DNA from: an uncultured virus (IMG/VR IMGVR_UViG_3300030060_006061)
Lineage: Duplodnaviria > Heunggongvirae > Uroviricota > Caudoviricetes
DNA length: 64,000 nucleotides
Direction: 5' to 3' (one strand)
Virus record (IMG/VR): IMGVR_UViG_3300030060_006061
Location: 1 to 64,000 of that record
Part shown: positions 27,898 through 38,870 of the stretch, in pieces
How positions within the stretch are numbered: position 1 is the stretch's first letter
Layout of the letters: each line of letters begins with the position of its first letter
Notes under the pieces: model-generated
Told to the model about the DNA's origin: nothing
Seen by the model: only the letters and a program-made list of their open reading frames with translations
The model's database searches: none
Translations under genes and position numbers: made by a program

Positions 27898-28623
27898 ATG
27901 CCATTACCAAAAATTGCAACACCAAGTTATGAACTTGATTTGCCTTCGTCTGGTCAAACTATAAAGTACAGACCATTTTTAGTCAAAGAAGAAAAACTCC
28001 TTGTCATCGCCCTTGAGAGTGAGGATACAAAACAAATTACAAATGCTATTAAAGCTGTTATACGTGCTTGTATTCTTTCAAAAGGTGTGAAAGTAGATAC
28101 TCTTCCAACCTTTGATATCGAATATTTGTTTTTAAATATTCGAGGCAAATCAGTTGGAGAAGACATTGAAGTTAAACTCATATGTCCTGATGATAATAAA
28201 ACTGAGGTTCAGGTGAATATAAACCTTGATGATATTCAAGTTAAAAAACCTGATGATCACACAAATGAGATTAAACTTGATGATTCTTTAATGATGCAAA
28301 TGAAGTATCCATCATTGAATGAATTTATTAAAACAAATTTCGATCCCACTGATGCGAATAAGAATCCTATGGAGCAATCCTTTGATTTGATTGGTTCTTG
28401 TATTGATAAAATTTACACAGAAGATGATGTATGGGCTGCTGGTGACTGCACCAAAAAAGAAATCACAGAATTTCTTGACTCAATGAACTCGACTCAGTTT
28501 AAAAAAATTGAAAAGTTTTTTGAGACAATGCCTAAATTAACTCACACTGTCAAAGTATCTAATCCAAATACGAAAGTTGATAGTGATGTGGTGCTTGAGG
28601 GTTTAGCATCTTTTTTCGCCTAG
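27898..28623 (+). CDS. gp26: Baseplate hub subunit gp26
   Basis: MPLPKI, YRPFLVKEEK, FDIEYLFLNIRGKSVGE, LEGLASFF. Confidence 0.92.
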   Translation: MPLPKIATPSYELDLPSSGQTIKYRPFLVKEEKLLVIALESEDTKQITNAIKAVIRACILSKGVKVDTLPTFDIEYLFLNIRGKSVGEDIEVKLICPDDNKTEVQVNINLDDIQVKKPDDHTNEIKLDDSLMMQMKYPSLNEFIKTNFDPTDANKNPMEQSFDLIGSCIDKIYTEDDVWAAGDCTKKEITEFLDSMNSTQFKKIEKFFETMPKLTHTVKVSNPNTKVDSDVVLEGLASFFA

Positions 28624-28625
28624 CG

Positions 28626-28811
28626 ATGGTGCATATGAATCTGGAGAATTACTTCAGACTCAATTTTGCTTTGATGCAGTACCATAAATATAGTTTGACC
28701 GAGATTGAAAATATGATGCCTTGGGAACGAGACATCTATGTTGGATTACTACAACAACATCTTGAAGAGGAAAGACTAAAGGAACAACAACGTCGAGCAA
28801 GCAATGGATGA
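28626..28811 (+). CDS. gp51: Baseplate hub assembly protein gp51
   Basis: HKYSLTEIENMMPWERDIY. Confidence 0.88.
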   Translation: MVHMNLENYFRLNFALMQYHKYSLTEIENMMPWERDIYVGLLQQHLEEERLKEQQRRASNG

Positions 28812-30573
28812 AACTAATCCAGTATTTGAAAATTTTCGTAATAAAATGCGAGCGTTTGGTAAACCAATTAGGGAGACCACACGAAAAGTTTCTGCGTCAA
28901 AATTTTTAAAAAGAGATGATCTGGAAAAAAGAATTGAGATAAATGCAAGAAAAATAACTTTATTAAAAAATATAATTCAAGCACAGCAGGTTTCAGCTGC
29001 TGAGATGATTAAATCTTTGTCAGAATCAAAAGATACCACTGAGTCTATTGATTTAATCAAGAGAGTTGAGAATAATGAAAAGATGATAAAGTCATTATCT
29101 GAATCGTCTTCCATAAAAGGTATTGAAAAAGAAATAGCAGAGATAAGGGAATCAGTCACATCAATCAAAAATACTCTTATCAAACAACAAGAATTAGAAG
29201 CCGAAGCGATTAATAAAGCACGAAAAGAATTAGAGAGAAAAAAAAGAAAAGAGAGAGAAAATTTATTAGAAAAAACAGGAAAGAAACTATCTTCATTTTT
29301 AAAATCTACAACTCAAAAAATAGTTGATCCTGTTAAAAATATTTTTGTTGGAATTATACAGTTCTTTGCAACATTATTTTTCGGAAAGTTTCTTGTTAAT
29401 TTTACAAAGTTTTTATCAAATCCAAAAAATCTTAACATAGTGATCAGTATTACTGACTTCATTGCAAAGAATTTTGATTTAATAATCGGAACTATTGGAA
29501 TAGGAACTCTTGCTATTGCTGCTTTTGGATTTAAATTACTAGGTATTGGAAATGTCCTTACAGCAATATTAACTGGTAATTTATTTGCATCCCCCACTGC
29601 TCGTATATTGGGATCTGCATTCGGGTCAAGTGCTGCAACAAAAGGCATGCCGGGAATAATTTCAAAAGGAACAAGAACAACTAATTTTGCGGGGGCACCA
29701 TTTGGATCTAGATTTAAGGGATTTAAATTTTTTAGTCAAGGTGGTTTAGTTCCCGGAGTGGGTAATCAGGATACAATTCCTGCAATGCTAACTCCCGGTG
29801 AGGTTGTTATAAGTAAACCTGCTGTTCAAAAAATAGGAGCTGCAAATCTTCTTAGACTCAACTTGGAAGCGGGAAAAACAAATAAACCAAAGATTATAAA
29901 TGGAAGGATGTATGCAAACCAAGGTGGTTTTGTTGCAGCTCAAAAAGAGTTCTCCAAGATATCATTGGATGAAAGAATTAAAATGCAAGAATTGATTGAA
30001 GATCAATTCAATGATAAGAACAACAAGACGATCACGGTGTCATCAACAAGAAAAGTTGGTGAGGAACAAACTCCTGCACAAAAACTTAATTCAATGAGTA
30101 TCACCAGAGGTGGAAAGGAAAAATTTCAAGAGTTGATAAAAAATACAATCGGACTTGATGCTGATGGTATCATGCCCGATACGGGTAAATTTACAGTGGA
30201 TAAGATGCGAAAAGCTTTACTCTCATCAAGAACTGGTCAAAATCTAACAGATTCACAAAGAGAGGAGGCAGAATCATTTTTTGGTAATCTAGAAAATGAA
30301 ATCAATAGTATGATTCCCGGAACAAGAGCATACCGATTTAGAAATGAAGCAGATTTGATCAATCAAAGCATGGCAAAATTCAAGCCTGTTTCTGGTGCCC
30401 CTGTAATCACACCACCTATTGAAGAGAATAGTGAGGCAGATATATCCTCCGTTGCCAATAGGATAAATGTTCCTGTTCAACAAAATTCACCATCAGGAAT
30501 TGATAATAATATAGTCAAAGGCGATCTTGCCTCTCCTGATGAATCAGTTCTATCCACTATTGGTATGTTATGA
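28804..30573 (+). CDS. Coiled-coil/hydrophobic tail protein (tape-measure or baseplate-hub-like)
   Basis: Coiled coil, hydrophobic stretch, GGLVPG..DTIPAMLTPGEVV motif. Confidence 0.6.
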   Translation: MDETNPVFENFRNKMRAFGKPIRETTRKVSASKFLKRDDLEKRIEINARKITLLKNIIQAQQVSAAEMIKSLSESKDTTESIDLIKRVENNEKMIKSLSESSSIKGIEKEIAEIRESVTSIKNTLIKQQELEAEAINKARKELERKKRKERENLLEKTGKKLSSFLKSTTQKIVDPVKNIFVGIIQFFATLFFGKFLVNFTKFLSNPKNLNIVISITDFIAKNFDLIIGTIGIGTLAIAAFGFKLLGIGNVLTAILTGNLFASPTARILGSAFGSSAATKGMPGIISKGTRTTNFAGAPFGSRFKGFKFFSQGGLVPGVGNQDTIPAMLTPGEVVISKPAVQKIGAANLLRLNLEAGKTNKPKIINGRMYANQGGFVAAQKEFSKISLDERIKMQELIEDQFNDKNNKTITVSSTRKVGEEQTPAQKLNSMSITRGGKEKFQELIKNTIGLDADGIMPDTGKFTVDKMRKALLSSRTGQNLTDSQREEAESFFGNLENEINSMIPGTRAYRFRNEADLINQSMAKFKPVSGAPVITPPIEENSEADISSVANRINVPVQQNSPSGIDNNIVKGDLASPDESVLSTIGML

Positions 30574-32774
30574 TTAATACAACTAAATTTTTACCAAGAA
30601 GGACTGAGAAAAAATCTGTGTTGTCTGAAAAGACAGTGATAAATTTTCGTATCATAAAAAAAGATTTCAAAAGGATAGATGATACATTAAAAGAAAGATT
30701 AGTTTTATCAAAAGTAAGAGCTGGAATATTAAGAGATCAATTGGAAAGAGCGAGAAGAAGGGAGAATGAGAACACTCTTGAAAAAAGAAAAGAAGATGAT
30801 GGAACAGATTTTGATCCTACTCAAGAACCAAAAAAAAGAGGTAATCAGGGTTTATTAACAACTTTATTTGCAGGTTTAATTGGTGGTATTGGTTTTGTTA
30901 TAGTAAAGGCGATTCCATTATTCAAAACTATATTTAAAACTTTAAGTGCAATAGCTAGACCGATCATTGCGATAGTTCGTAGCGTAGGTGCTTTACTAGC
31001 AGGAATAAAGGGTAGATTATTCCCTGCAGTTAATGACTTAGAAGATAAAGAGAAAAAAAGTAGAAAGGATATTAAAGATTTACCTAATCGTATAAACCAA
31101 GTTGGTAATCAGTTGCAATTTTTAGCCAATGCAATGGTTTTTAATACTGTTCTCGGCATGATATTCACAGGTGTTGGTGCAGGAAAAGTAAAAGGTATAG
31201 TGAACGTAGCACGATCAAAAAAATTACTCACTGCTGCCTCTGCTGTTAAGATACAAAAACAATTAGTCGCTCAGAAAAAAGTTGCAAGAACAGTTGGCAT
31301 AAAGAAAAGAATTATAAAAGCAGCGGATTTAGCTGAGAGTGGATCTGCTGTCACTACTAATTTTGCAAGAGAGGGGCGTAAAATATCTAAAAAATTTGCT
31401 AAAGATGTCACTGAAGAATCTGTTGAGATTGTCGAAAAAGGTGTAAAAACTCTAACTGCTGCCGGAATTGATTCAGCAACATTGAGACAGATGGGAGTAG
31501 ATCCAAGTTTAGGTCAATTTGGAGCAAAAGTCCCAAGAAATATTCCAAAATCTCCTTTCGGTGTACCGGGTGGTCGAGTGGGGCCTCCTCTTGGAGGTAT
31601 TTCTGGGTCTTTCGGATCAACAGCTGATATAATGAATCAGATTTTTAAAGTAAGCCCAAAGGGAATCATATCTAAACCAACTCAAATAGCTGATGAGATA
31701 TTAAAGAGTTTTAAAATTACGGATGTTGGTCTTGGAATCGATTTTAGTAGTTTAACTAATGCACAGAAGAGGGAATTCGTATTCATAATCGCTGAAAATA
31801 AGTTTGCTCAATTATTTAAAAGGGAACCAAAAAATCTTGATGAGTTACTTGATTTTGTAAAATCAGGAGATTTTATAGCTGAAAATTTTGGCTTAATAAG
31901 AAAGGCACCTATTAGACCATCTATGGTTACAAATGTTCCCTTGAATTTGTCACCACTCGTGGATCCCACCGCCGGTAGCAAATTCATAACACCCACTATC
32001 CCAAAAGTAGCAAAAACTGTTACAAGAACTGCCACAAAAGGTTTTTCAAAACAAGTATTAAGACAAACTCTAGGTGCAGTTCCTCTTCTAGGTGATCTTG
32101 CTGTGCTATTATTAGACATATATGTTTTCAAAGAGATACCAGCTAGAGCAGGATTTAAAACAATTGGTAGCATACTTGGTTCAGTTATTGGTGGACTCTT
32201 AGGTGGTTTAGCAGCCACTGCGACCGCTGGAACTGGTGCTATTTTAATTCCTGCGCTAACTATACTTGGTAGTATTGGTGGTGACATTCTTGGTGGTGTC
32301 CTTTATGATTTCTTAGATAGAAGTTATAGTGATTATGGCCCATTTAAAAAACCAGATAGTGGTGGCAAAACAAAAATATCCGATGTGGGTAGAGCTGGTG
32401 TGAGTGGTACAGTGAAAGGATCAACGATTGGTAAAGTCGTTAAGGACGCTGGTGGTGTTATCAAAAAAGGAGTCTTTGAAAATAAAGGTAATGATGAATT
32501 TTTATTTGACAGTGATACATACATGGCATTTAATAAAGCATTCCCCGGTCTTCTTGAAACAGCAAACTCTCTTGAGGGTGATGATTCAATCTCTGCAATA
32601 AGTGAGAGATTATCTTATGAAAAAAAAGGAAGAAGATTAACAAGAATGATTCCAATACCGATACCCGAAGTATCGAAAAATGCATCTCAGAATGAGGGAT
32701 CTATCATGACTAATAAAAAACAAGAAGTATCAATGTTAGCGATGAATACTCAAACACTATACAGGAGAAGTTAA
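30570..32774 (+). CDS. Long tail-associated protein (tape-measure-like)
   Basis: 734 aa, Gly-zipper hydrophobic segments; synteny. Confidence 0.55.
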   Translation: MINTTKFLPRRTEKKSVLSEKTVINFRIIKKDFKRIDDTLKERLVLSKVRAGILRDQLERARRRENENTLEKRKEDDGTDFDPTQEPKKRGNQGLLTTLFAGLIGGIGFVIVKAIPLFKTIFKTLSAIARPIIAIVRSVGALLAGIKGRLFPAVNDLEDKEKKSRKDIKDLPNRINQVGNQLQFLANAMVFNTVLGMIFTGVGAGKVKGIVNVARSKKLLTAASAVKIQKQLVAQKKVARTVGIKKRIIKAADLAESGSAVTTNFAREGRKISKKFAKDVTEESVEIVEKGVKTLTAAGIDSATLRQMGVDPSLGQFGAKVPRNIPKSPFGVPGGRVGPPLGGISGSFGSTADIMNQIFKVSPKGIISKPTQIADEILKSFKITDVGLGIDFSSLTNAQKREFVFIIAENKFAQLFKREPKNLDELLDFVKSGDFIAENFGLIRKAPIRPSMVTNVPLNLSPLVDPTAGSKFITPTIPKVAKTVTRTATKGFSKQVLRQTLGAVPLLGDLAVLLLDIYVFKEIPARAGFKTIGSILGSVIGGLLGGLAATATAGTGAILIPALTILGSIGGDILGGVLYDFLDRSYSDYGPFKKPDSGGKTKISDVGRAGVSGTVKGSTIGKVVKDAGGVIKKGVFENKGNDEFLFDSDTYMAFNKAFPGLLETANSLEGDDSISAISERLSYEKKGRRLTRMIPIPIPEVSKNASQNEGSIMTNKKQEVSMLAMNTQTLYRRS

Positions 32775-32775
32775 T

Positions 32776-34095
32776 ATGAATTCTAAAGATTTTGAATCTG
32801 ATAAGATAAGAATAGTTAAAGCAGAGATAAAGTCAAACACAAACTCTGAAAAAACTGTTAATCTTCAACCAGCTGATGTGGTTGAATATAGGGAACACAT
32901 GTTTCGAGATTCTGTTGAGGTTTTGATGATCATATCTGACACAGGAAACTCACTTGATGGAAAAAGTTTATCGGAGGGATTACCTTTAACAACGACCGAA
33001 GATTTTGAATTTGAAATTCAAGACGTAAAAGAGAGAAAAATAAAAATGAATTTAAATGTAAACAAGGTGACACCTTTTTTACAAACAACACAAAGAGAAA
33101 ATATATTACTGACTTTAACCTCTGAGGAATTTATAAGAAACGAACAATATTCATCTCAGGTAAATAAAAGATTTGATGGGAAAATTTCAGAACATGTCAA
33201 AGAAATATTGAAAGATAATTTAAAATCAAAAGTAAAAGATGAAAATATAGAGGTTACTGCAAATAATTTTAATTTTATAGGAAATAAAAGAAAAGCGTTT
33301 TACACAATCAGATGGTTACAGAAGAAGGGTGTGCCCGATAAGGATGGTAAGATGGGTGATAGTGCCGGATTCATGTTCTATCAAACATCAAGCCCGGACG
33401 GATTGCAATATAATTTTAGATCTATTGATGGTTTATTTGCACAAAAACCAAAAAGAAAGTATGCGTTCACGGGTATTCCAGTCGCTGAAACTAAAAAATA
33501 TGATGCGATAGTAGCAGAATTCTCCTCTAATTTAAATTTAACCGCAAACAAAAAATTAAGATCAGGTGCTTTCAACACAAAACTTGTTATATTTGATCCT
33601 TTTAATTGTTTTTATCAACCCATTGAACAAAAAGCTGAGGATACTGAGAAGGGAACAACTACAGCTGGTAAACATCTTCCCGTACTAAACGAAAAATTTA
33701 CACAAGAAACAACAAGAACGACTTATATGATAAGAGATACAGGAACAATTCCTTCAGGAGATGTTAAGGAGCAAGTTGAAAAAAATGAAGAACAATCATT
33801 TGAGGTTGAAAAAATATTAAACCAATCGATAAGAAGATTTAATCAATTTGAGTGTTCGTCCATGGAGATAGTGATACCCACAGATTTTGATCTACACATT
33901 GGGGACACCGTGTTCATAGATCCAAAATCGTTAAGAAATAAATCGAACGGGCAAATTGATAAGGTAGCTGGAGGTAAATATCTCATATTTGCTTTAACTC
34001 ATAAGATTGCAAAAGATAAAGGAACAACAACTTTAGGACTTGTGAGAGACTCAATGGGTAGAAAAGTTGAGGGAAATAGTAGCATGTTACAGTAA
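32776..34095 (+). CDS. Baseplate hub protein (gp27-like)
   Basis: FMFYQT..YNFRSID, GGKYLI..LTH, LVRDS; precedes gp5. Confidence 0.65.
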   Translation: MNSKDFESDKIRIVKAEIKSNTNSEKTVNLQPADVVEYREHMFRDSVEVLMIISDTGNSLDGKSLSEGLPLTTTEDFEFEIQDVKERKIKMNLNVNKVTPFLQTTQRENILLTLTSEEFIRNEQYSSQVNKRFDGKISEHVKEILKDNLKSKVKDENIEVTANNFNFIGNKRKAFYTIRWLQKKGVPDKDGKMGDSAGFMFYQTSSPDGLQYNFRSIDGLFAQKPKRKYAFTGIPVAETKKYDAIVAEFSSNLNLTANKKLRSGAFNTKLVIFDPFNCFYQPIEQKAEDTEKGTTTAGKHLPVLNEKFTQETTRTTYMIRDTGTIPSGDVKEQVEKNEEQSFEVEKILNQSIRRFNQFECSSMEIVIPTDFDLHIGDTVFIDPKSLRNKSNGQIDKVAGGKYLIFALTHKIAKDKGTTTLGLVRDSMGRKVEGNSSMLQ

Positions 34096-34142
34096 AATAA
34101 GTTATAATGAATAAATACTATTGTAGGGTTCAATTAAAGCAA

Positions 34143-34370
34143 ATGAAATCCATCGAAGATCACATTCAAAAAGACAAGGAGATCCTTGCCGACCCAAATA
34201 CCTCAGAACCAATGAGGAGACATACTCTTGATGAGTTACATGACCTTGAGGAGTACGTTGATCATCATCATAATGAAATCGAGGCTGGAGATCATCACGA
34301 TCCAAACGCATTAGAATTATTCTGTGACATGCACCCTGACGAACCAGAGTGTTTAGTTTACGATGATTAA
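34143..34370 (+). CDS. cp12: Calvin-cycle inhibitor CP12-like protein
   Basis: C-terminal LELFCDMHPDEPECLVYDD. Confidence 0.9.
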   Translation: MKSIEDHIQKDKEILADPNTSEPMRRHTLDELHDLEEYVDHHHNEIEAGDHHDPNALELFCDMHPDEPECLVYDD

Positions 34371-36358
34371 TGGAACAATCGAGTTTATATAATCCCGGAT
34401 TTGTTGGCACTCAGTTTAACTGGTGGATAGGTCAGGTTGCTGCGTCTTCAACTTGGCGTGAAAATATGAAAGATACTCCTTATGAAAAGAGGGAGGATAT
34501 ACCGGGATGGGGATACAGATATAAAGTAAGAATCATGGGCCTTCATGATGGTGGAGAGTCCGTAATACCATCTGATCAACTGCCTTGGGCTCAGGTCATG
34601 TACTCTGTCTGGGGTGGTGGTCAGGGTGGATCGTTTCAAACTCCCGGAATCAAGGAGGGAATGTTTGTCTTTGGATTCTTTTTAGATGGGAGTGATGAAC
34701 AAATTCCTGTCATCATGGGAGTTCTTGGTAATAATGCCAAGACAAAGATTAAAGGAGTCAACTCAAAGGTTGGTGTAGATACAGTTACGGATGAATCATC
34801 TGTATTTGAACCTCGAAGTGGTTTCACGGATGATGGCACAACAGTTTGTTCAGATAATCAGATTCGTCAAGAGGGGGCGAATAGTTCGGTGACAAATGAA
34901 AGCACTGATGGAACATTACTGCTAACGATCTCGGACAAAATACAAACACAGGTACAGAATGAAGAACATCCTGTTGAGTGTCCAAAAACAAAAAATAGTT
35001 TGACATCATTGAATACTCACATGAGTAACTTCCAAGTTGAGTATCAAAGATTATTAGAGAAAGCAAATGATTTTCCGACTGCTGCTGCATCGAAAGGTAT
35101 TAACGAATCAATTGATAAATTAATTGAAAAAACAGCTGGACTATCAGCAAAATCCATGTTGACTACTTTGAATAATCAACAAACATTTTTATTAGAAAAA
35201 TTAAATGATGCAACAGCAATATTCGAGCAAGAGGAAAATATTACAAATAGATTAAATATTCTTCAAAAAAATTTAGAGGGTCAAGGTAAATTATCATGCA
35301 TCTTCGGTAAGATAAAAGGTGATCTCGCTGATCTTATTAAGGCAGCGATGAAGAAAAATTTGAATAGAAAAAATAGTGCACCACCAGCTGGAAGTTATAA
35401 CCCATCTAATCCCTGTGAAACTGAGGAGATTATAGCAGAGGTAATGTCTAGCACACAAGGACAGATAAGTGGTGGATTTATGGATGCGGTTAAATCATTA
35501 GCAGGTGGTCAAGGTGTGCCATCATTAGGTAGATTGGGAACTGCATTTAACAAATTAAATAATTTAAACATACCAAGTGAACTTGATGTGGCTAGTTTGT
35601 TACCATCATTTAATCAAAGTCTTGATGTTGGTGGTCTTCTTGGAAAACTACCACCAATAGGTGGATTTGATATAGGGCAAGAATTAAGTTTTGATATGGC
35701 ACTAGCAAATGTGTTTATCTCTTCTATCGCTGCTTTTACAGAGTGTGATCCTCCTGAAGAGTGTCCTGAAACTGACACGCTTACATTAGGTGGTGATCAA
35801 ACTAAAAAATCTGAAACCGATCCTGTCAATACAGACAATATCGCTCAATTAGAATCTGAAAAAATAAATGAAAAACTATCTGGTAAAGTTCCACCAAAAA
35901 TTGGTGATGTCGTTACTAAAGATGATGGAACAAAACAATATTATACAGGAGTAAGTGAAAATGAGGAGGGGGAATTAATATTGAATAATGAGGATGAGAA
36001 GATCAAATATGTTGAGAAACCACCGACCACTTTTGATAAACCAATAGTTGAAAAAAGTTTAGTGATTGAAAAAAGTGTAGATGTCGAAAAAATAAATGAA
36101 AATGAAACAAAAATTACAAAAACTTTTTCTCGCCAAGAATCTTCCACAGTGGAGGCGACTATTAAACAAGGTGTTGTAGTCGGAGGTGACTCAAACCCGA
36201 ATGCAGCCAGAATAGCAAAACTTTCTGTAGATATATTAAACTTAACCAAGGCTAAAAATGAAGCAAGAAGATTTGGTAATACAGCTGAAAAAGAAAGATT
36301 GGAGGAAGAAATAAAAATTCTTAAAAAAGAAGATAGAGAACTGAGGAGAAAATTATGA
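34370..36358 (+). CDS. gp5: Baseplate hub/spike gp5, N-terminal OB-fold protein
   Basis: WWIGQV, RYKVRIMGLH, LPWA, VFGFFLDG...PVIMG. Confidence 0.8.
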   Translation: MEQSSLYNPGFVGTQFNWWIGQVAASSTWRENMKDTPYEKREDIPGWGYRYKVRIMGLHDGGESVIPSDQLPWAQVMYSVWGGGQGGSFQTPGIKEGMFVFGFFLDGSDEQIPVIMGVLGNNAKTKIKGVNSKVGVDTVTDESSVFEPRSGFTDDGTTVCSDNQIRQEGANSSVTNESTDGTLLLTISDKIQTQVQNEEHPVECPKTKNSLTSLNTHMSNFQVEYQRLLEKANDFPTAAASKGINESIDKLIEKTAGLSAKSMLTTLNNQQTFLLEKLNDATAIFEQEENITNRLNILQKNLEGQGKLSCIFGKIKGDLADLIKAAMKKNLNRKNSAPPAGSYNPSNPCETEEIIAEVMSSTQGQISGGFMDAVKSLAGGQGVPSLGRLGTAFNKLNNLNIPSELDVASLLPSFNQSLDVGGLLGKLPPIGGFDIGQELSFDMALANVFISSIAAFTECDPPEECPETDTLTLGGDQTKKSETDPVNTDNIAQLESEKINEKLSGKVPPKIGDVVTKDDGTKQYYTGVSENEEGELILNNEDEKIKYVEKPPTTFDKPIVEKSLVIEKSVDVEKINENETKITKTFSRQESSTVEATIKQGVVVGGDSNPNAARIAKLSVDILNLTKAKNEARRFGNTAEKERLEEEIKILKKEDRELRRKL

Positions 36359-37572
36359 CATCCGCACCAATCTCAAACGATAATATAAGAGTAGGATATA
36401 TCAGTGAAACTGACGGGTATGTCAAGAATAAGACTGTGGCAGAGGCAAATGAATATGAAAAATTAAATCCTGAGACAATTTTTGTTTTTGTTAATGGAGA
36501 TGGAAAGATTGTGTACTTAACTATTGATGGTGTTAATCAATTAACATCAAAAGATTTATTAAGGGCAGATCCATGTGACGTAGGCCCTCAACCATGCCCA
36601 CCACCCACAATAAAAGTATTTGGTGGAGGTGGAATTGGAGCAGAGGTAAATCCTGTTGTGGATTCTCAAGGTAATCTTCTTGCTGCTGATATTGTAAATG
36701 GTGGTTTTGGATATAAGACACCACCCTTTGTCACGATAATAGACCCATGCAAAAATGGTAGTGGTGCTGTTGTAAAAGCAGAAATAAAAAATGGTGTGGT
36801 AAGTAAAGTTGTTGTAAATGAAACTGGAACCGGATACTTGCCACCAAAAGCAACTTCTCCACAGTATCCAGCAATATTGCAGATATCTGAGGTCAGAGTA
36901 AGTAATCCCGGAATAAATTATGATCCATCTGTCGATCAACTTGTTATTGAACCTGCGAACGGAACACAACTTTCATATACAACCGAACCATTTGGTAAAA
37001 TTTTTGAAGTAAAAATATTAAAGGCTGGTAATTTTACAGAACTTCCTACAATAAGAATGAAAACAAGAACAGGAGTTAACGCATCTTTCATACCAGTATT
37101 TGATGTGATACGTGATCCAGTTCCCGTCGAACCGGTCTCTGCTGATATTATACAAATTTTCGATCTAGTCGGACTTAATATAAATGGATACGTAGATGGT
37201 AAAGCCTATTATGGTAATGTGTATTTTGTAAACGGGGTAAAATTTGCAGGTTCTTCTGTAAATTCTGGCACAAACATAAGAGTGTTTGAGACAAGAGCAG
37301 CAAGCATCAGCGGTCAGAATGTCCCTGTCGCAAGAACAGTAAGAGTTAGAGAAGATGTTGAAGCACCAGATGTATCAACAGACGTTATAACTGCAGAGCC
37401 AGATGTTGTTGAACCATCAACATTTACAACGTCTCCTGCTCCAACAACAACAGTTGATCCAACTCCCCCAACACCAACTGTTGATCCAACACCAGCACCA
37501 TCTCCTTCACCATCACCAGCACCTTACACACCACCACCAAGCACCGGTGGTGGCGGTGGATATGGTTACTAA
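36355..37572 (+). CDS. Baseplate-associated structural protein with Pro/Thr tail
   Basis: GGFGY..PP and GTGY repeats; duplicated TVDPTP; ends GGGGGYGY. Confidence 0.65.
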   Translation: MTSAPISNDNIRVGYISETDGYVKNKTVAEANEYEKLNPETIFVFVNGDGKIVYLTIDGVNQLTSKDLLRADPCDVGPQPCPPPTIKVFGGGGIGAEVNPVVDSQGNLLAADIVNGGFGYKTPPFVTIIDPCKNGSGAVVKAEIKNGVVSKVVVNETGTGYLPPKATSPQYPAILQISEVRVSNPGINYDPSVDQLVIEPANGTQLSYTTEPFGKIFEVKILKAGNFTELPTIRMKTRTGVNASFIPVFDVIRDPVPVEPVSADIIQIFDLVGLNINGYVDGKAYYGNVYFVNGVKFAGSSVNSGTNIRVFETRAASISGQNVPVARTVRVREDVEAPDVSTDVITAEPDVVEPSTFTTSPAPTTTVDPTPPTPTVDPTPAPSPSPSPAPYTPPPSTGGGGGYGY

Positions 37573-37590
37573 ATATCAAAAAAGATAGTT

Positions 37591-38130
37591 ATGTCAGAAA
37601 AGAAAAATTATTGGACTCAATCGATCGGGACGCAAGACGCGATTATACAATTTGGTGGCATTTCTTCTGAAAAAGATGTTCGATCTGATTTTAAAGTAGT
37701 TGCCAAAGATGGAGGCCATTATTTTACGATGGACTCGAACATTGGTGAGAGTCGTAGAAAGGGATGGACAACACTTGTATCACCCGGAGCTACACAAATA
37801 TCATCTGGATATAACATGGTCAAAGGTCAGAATTGTATTCTGATTAACGCTATGAATGGTGATATCACTATCAAAGCAAAGGATGGTAACATAAGATTTG
37901 AAGGAGATAAAATAAATTTTGTTGCAAGAGAGAGTTTTAATGTCGAATCGCATGATAAGATTGACATTAACGGCCAAAATGTTAATATACATGCAAGACA
38001 AAGAATGAGAATAAAGTCATCAAGTTTCCTTGCAATAAGAGCAAATTGTGGTATGGAAATTTGGTCTAAAATCATTCAGGGAGTTTCTTGTGCAACACCC
38101 GGATACAAAACAAAACTAGGAGTTAGTTAA
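37591..38130 (+). CDS. Spike-like beta-helix protein (gp5 C-terminal-like)
   Basis: INAMNGDITIKAKDGNIRF periodic pattern. Confidence 0.55.
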   Translation: MSEKKNYWTQSIGTQDAIIQFGGISSEKDVRSDFKVVAKDGGHYFTMDSNIGESRRKGWTTLVSPGATQISSGYNMVKGQNCILINAMNGDITIKAKDGNIRFEGDKINFVARESFNVESHDKIDINGQNVNIHARQRMRIKSSSFLAIRANCGMEIWSKIIQGVSCATPGYKTKLGVS

Positions 38131-38870
38131 TGGCATTTATATTTGACGAGGTTGACGTTAATAATGGTCAACTTATTGTTGCAGAAGATGGAGTGGATGT
38201 TAAATCATCCGGTGTTAAGAAAACAAAACATTCTGCATTTATAGAAGGCCCCGTCCAGATAGGCAATGTAGGTGACTTTACATCTGCTGATGGCACTGTA
38301 ATGATTGGAAAGGACGGTAATACTGGATCACCAGTTTCATTGTATGTAAAGGGTGATGGCACAAATGCTGTTTACATAGAGGGTGATTTATTTGTAAGTG
38401 GTGATACAGATACGGGAAATAAAGGAAGACTAGCATCAAGATTTAGTTCTGCAGATGCAAGACCAAAACCTTTTGACATGGAACATCCATCAAAAGAGGG
38501 TTATCGACTAAGATACGCATGTATTGAGGGCCCAGAGGTTGGTGTTTACTATCGTGGTAGATTAAAAAATCAAAAGAAAATAAAATTACCCTTTTATTGG
38601 AAGGATCTTGTGCATACAGAGAGTATTACTGTGCAATTACAACCCATCGGAGCTCATCAGGACATCATTGTCAAGAGATGGGATGACGAATTTGTTTATT
38701 TACAAGCACAAGGTGGTCTACCAATTAATTGTTTTTATCATGTCTATGCAGAAAGAAAAGACGTAAATCCACTTGTTGTTGAATATGAGGGAGAAACATG
38801 GGAAGATTATCCAGACCCTAATTACAACGACCCACAATATACTAAGTCTGTAAATACAAGAACCCTTTGA
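38130..38870 (+). CDS. Tail/baseplate-associated hypothetical protein
   Basis: KPFDMEHP...LRYACIEGPEVGVYYRG domain. Confidence 0.65.
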   Translation: MAFIFDEVDVNNGQLIVAEDGVDVKSSGVKKTKHSAFIEGPVQIGNVGDFTSADGTVMIGKDGNTGSPVSLYVKGDGTNAVYIEGDLFVSGDTDTGNKGRLASRFSSADARPKPFDMEHPSKEGYRLRYACIEGPEVGVYYRGRLKNQKKIKLPFYWKDLVHTESITVQLQPIGAHQDIIVKRWDDEFVYLQAQGGLPINCFYHVYAERKDVNPLVVEYEGETWEDYPDPNYNDPQYTKSVNTRTL

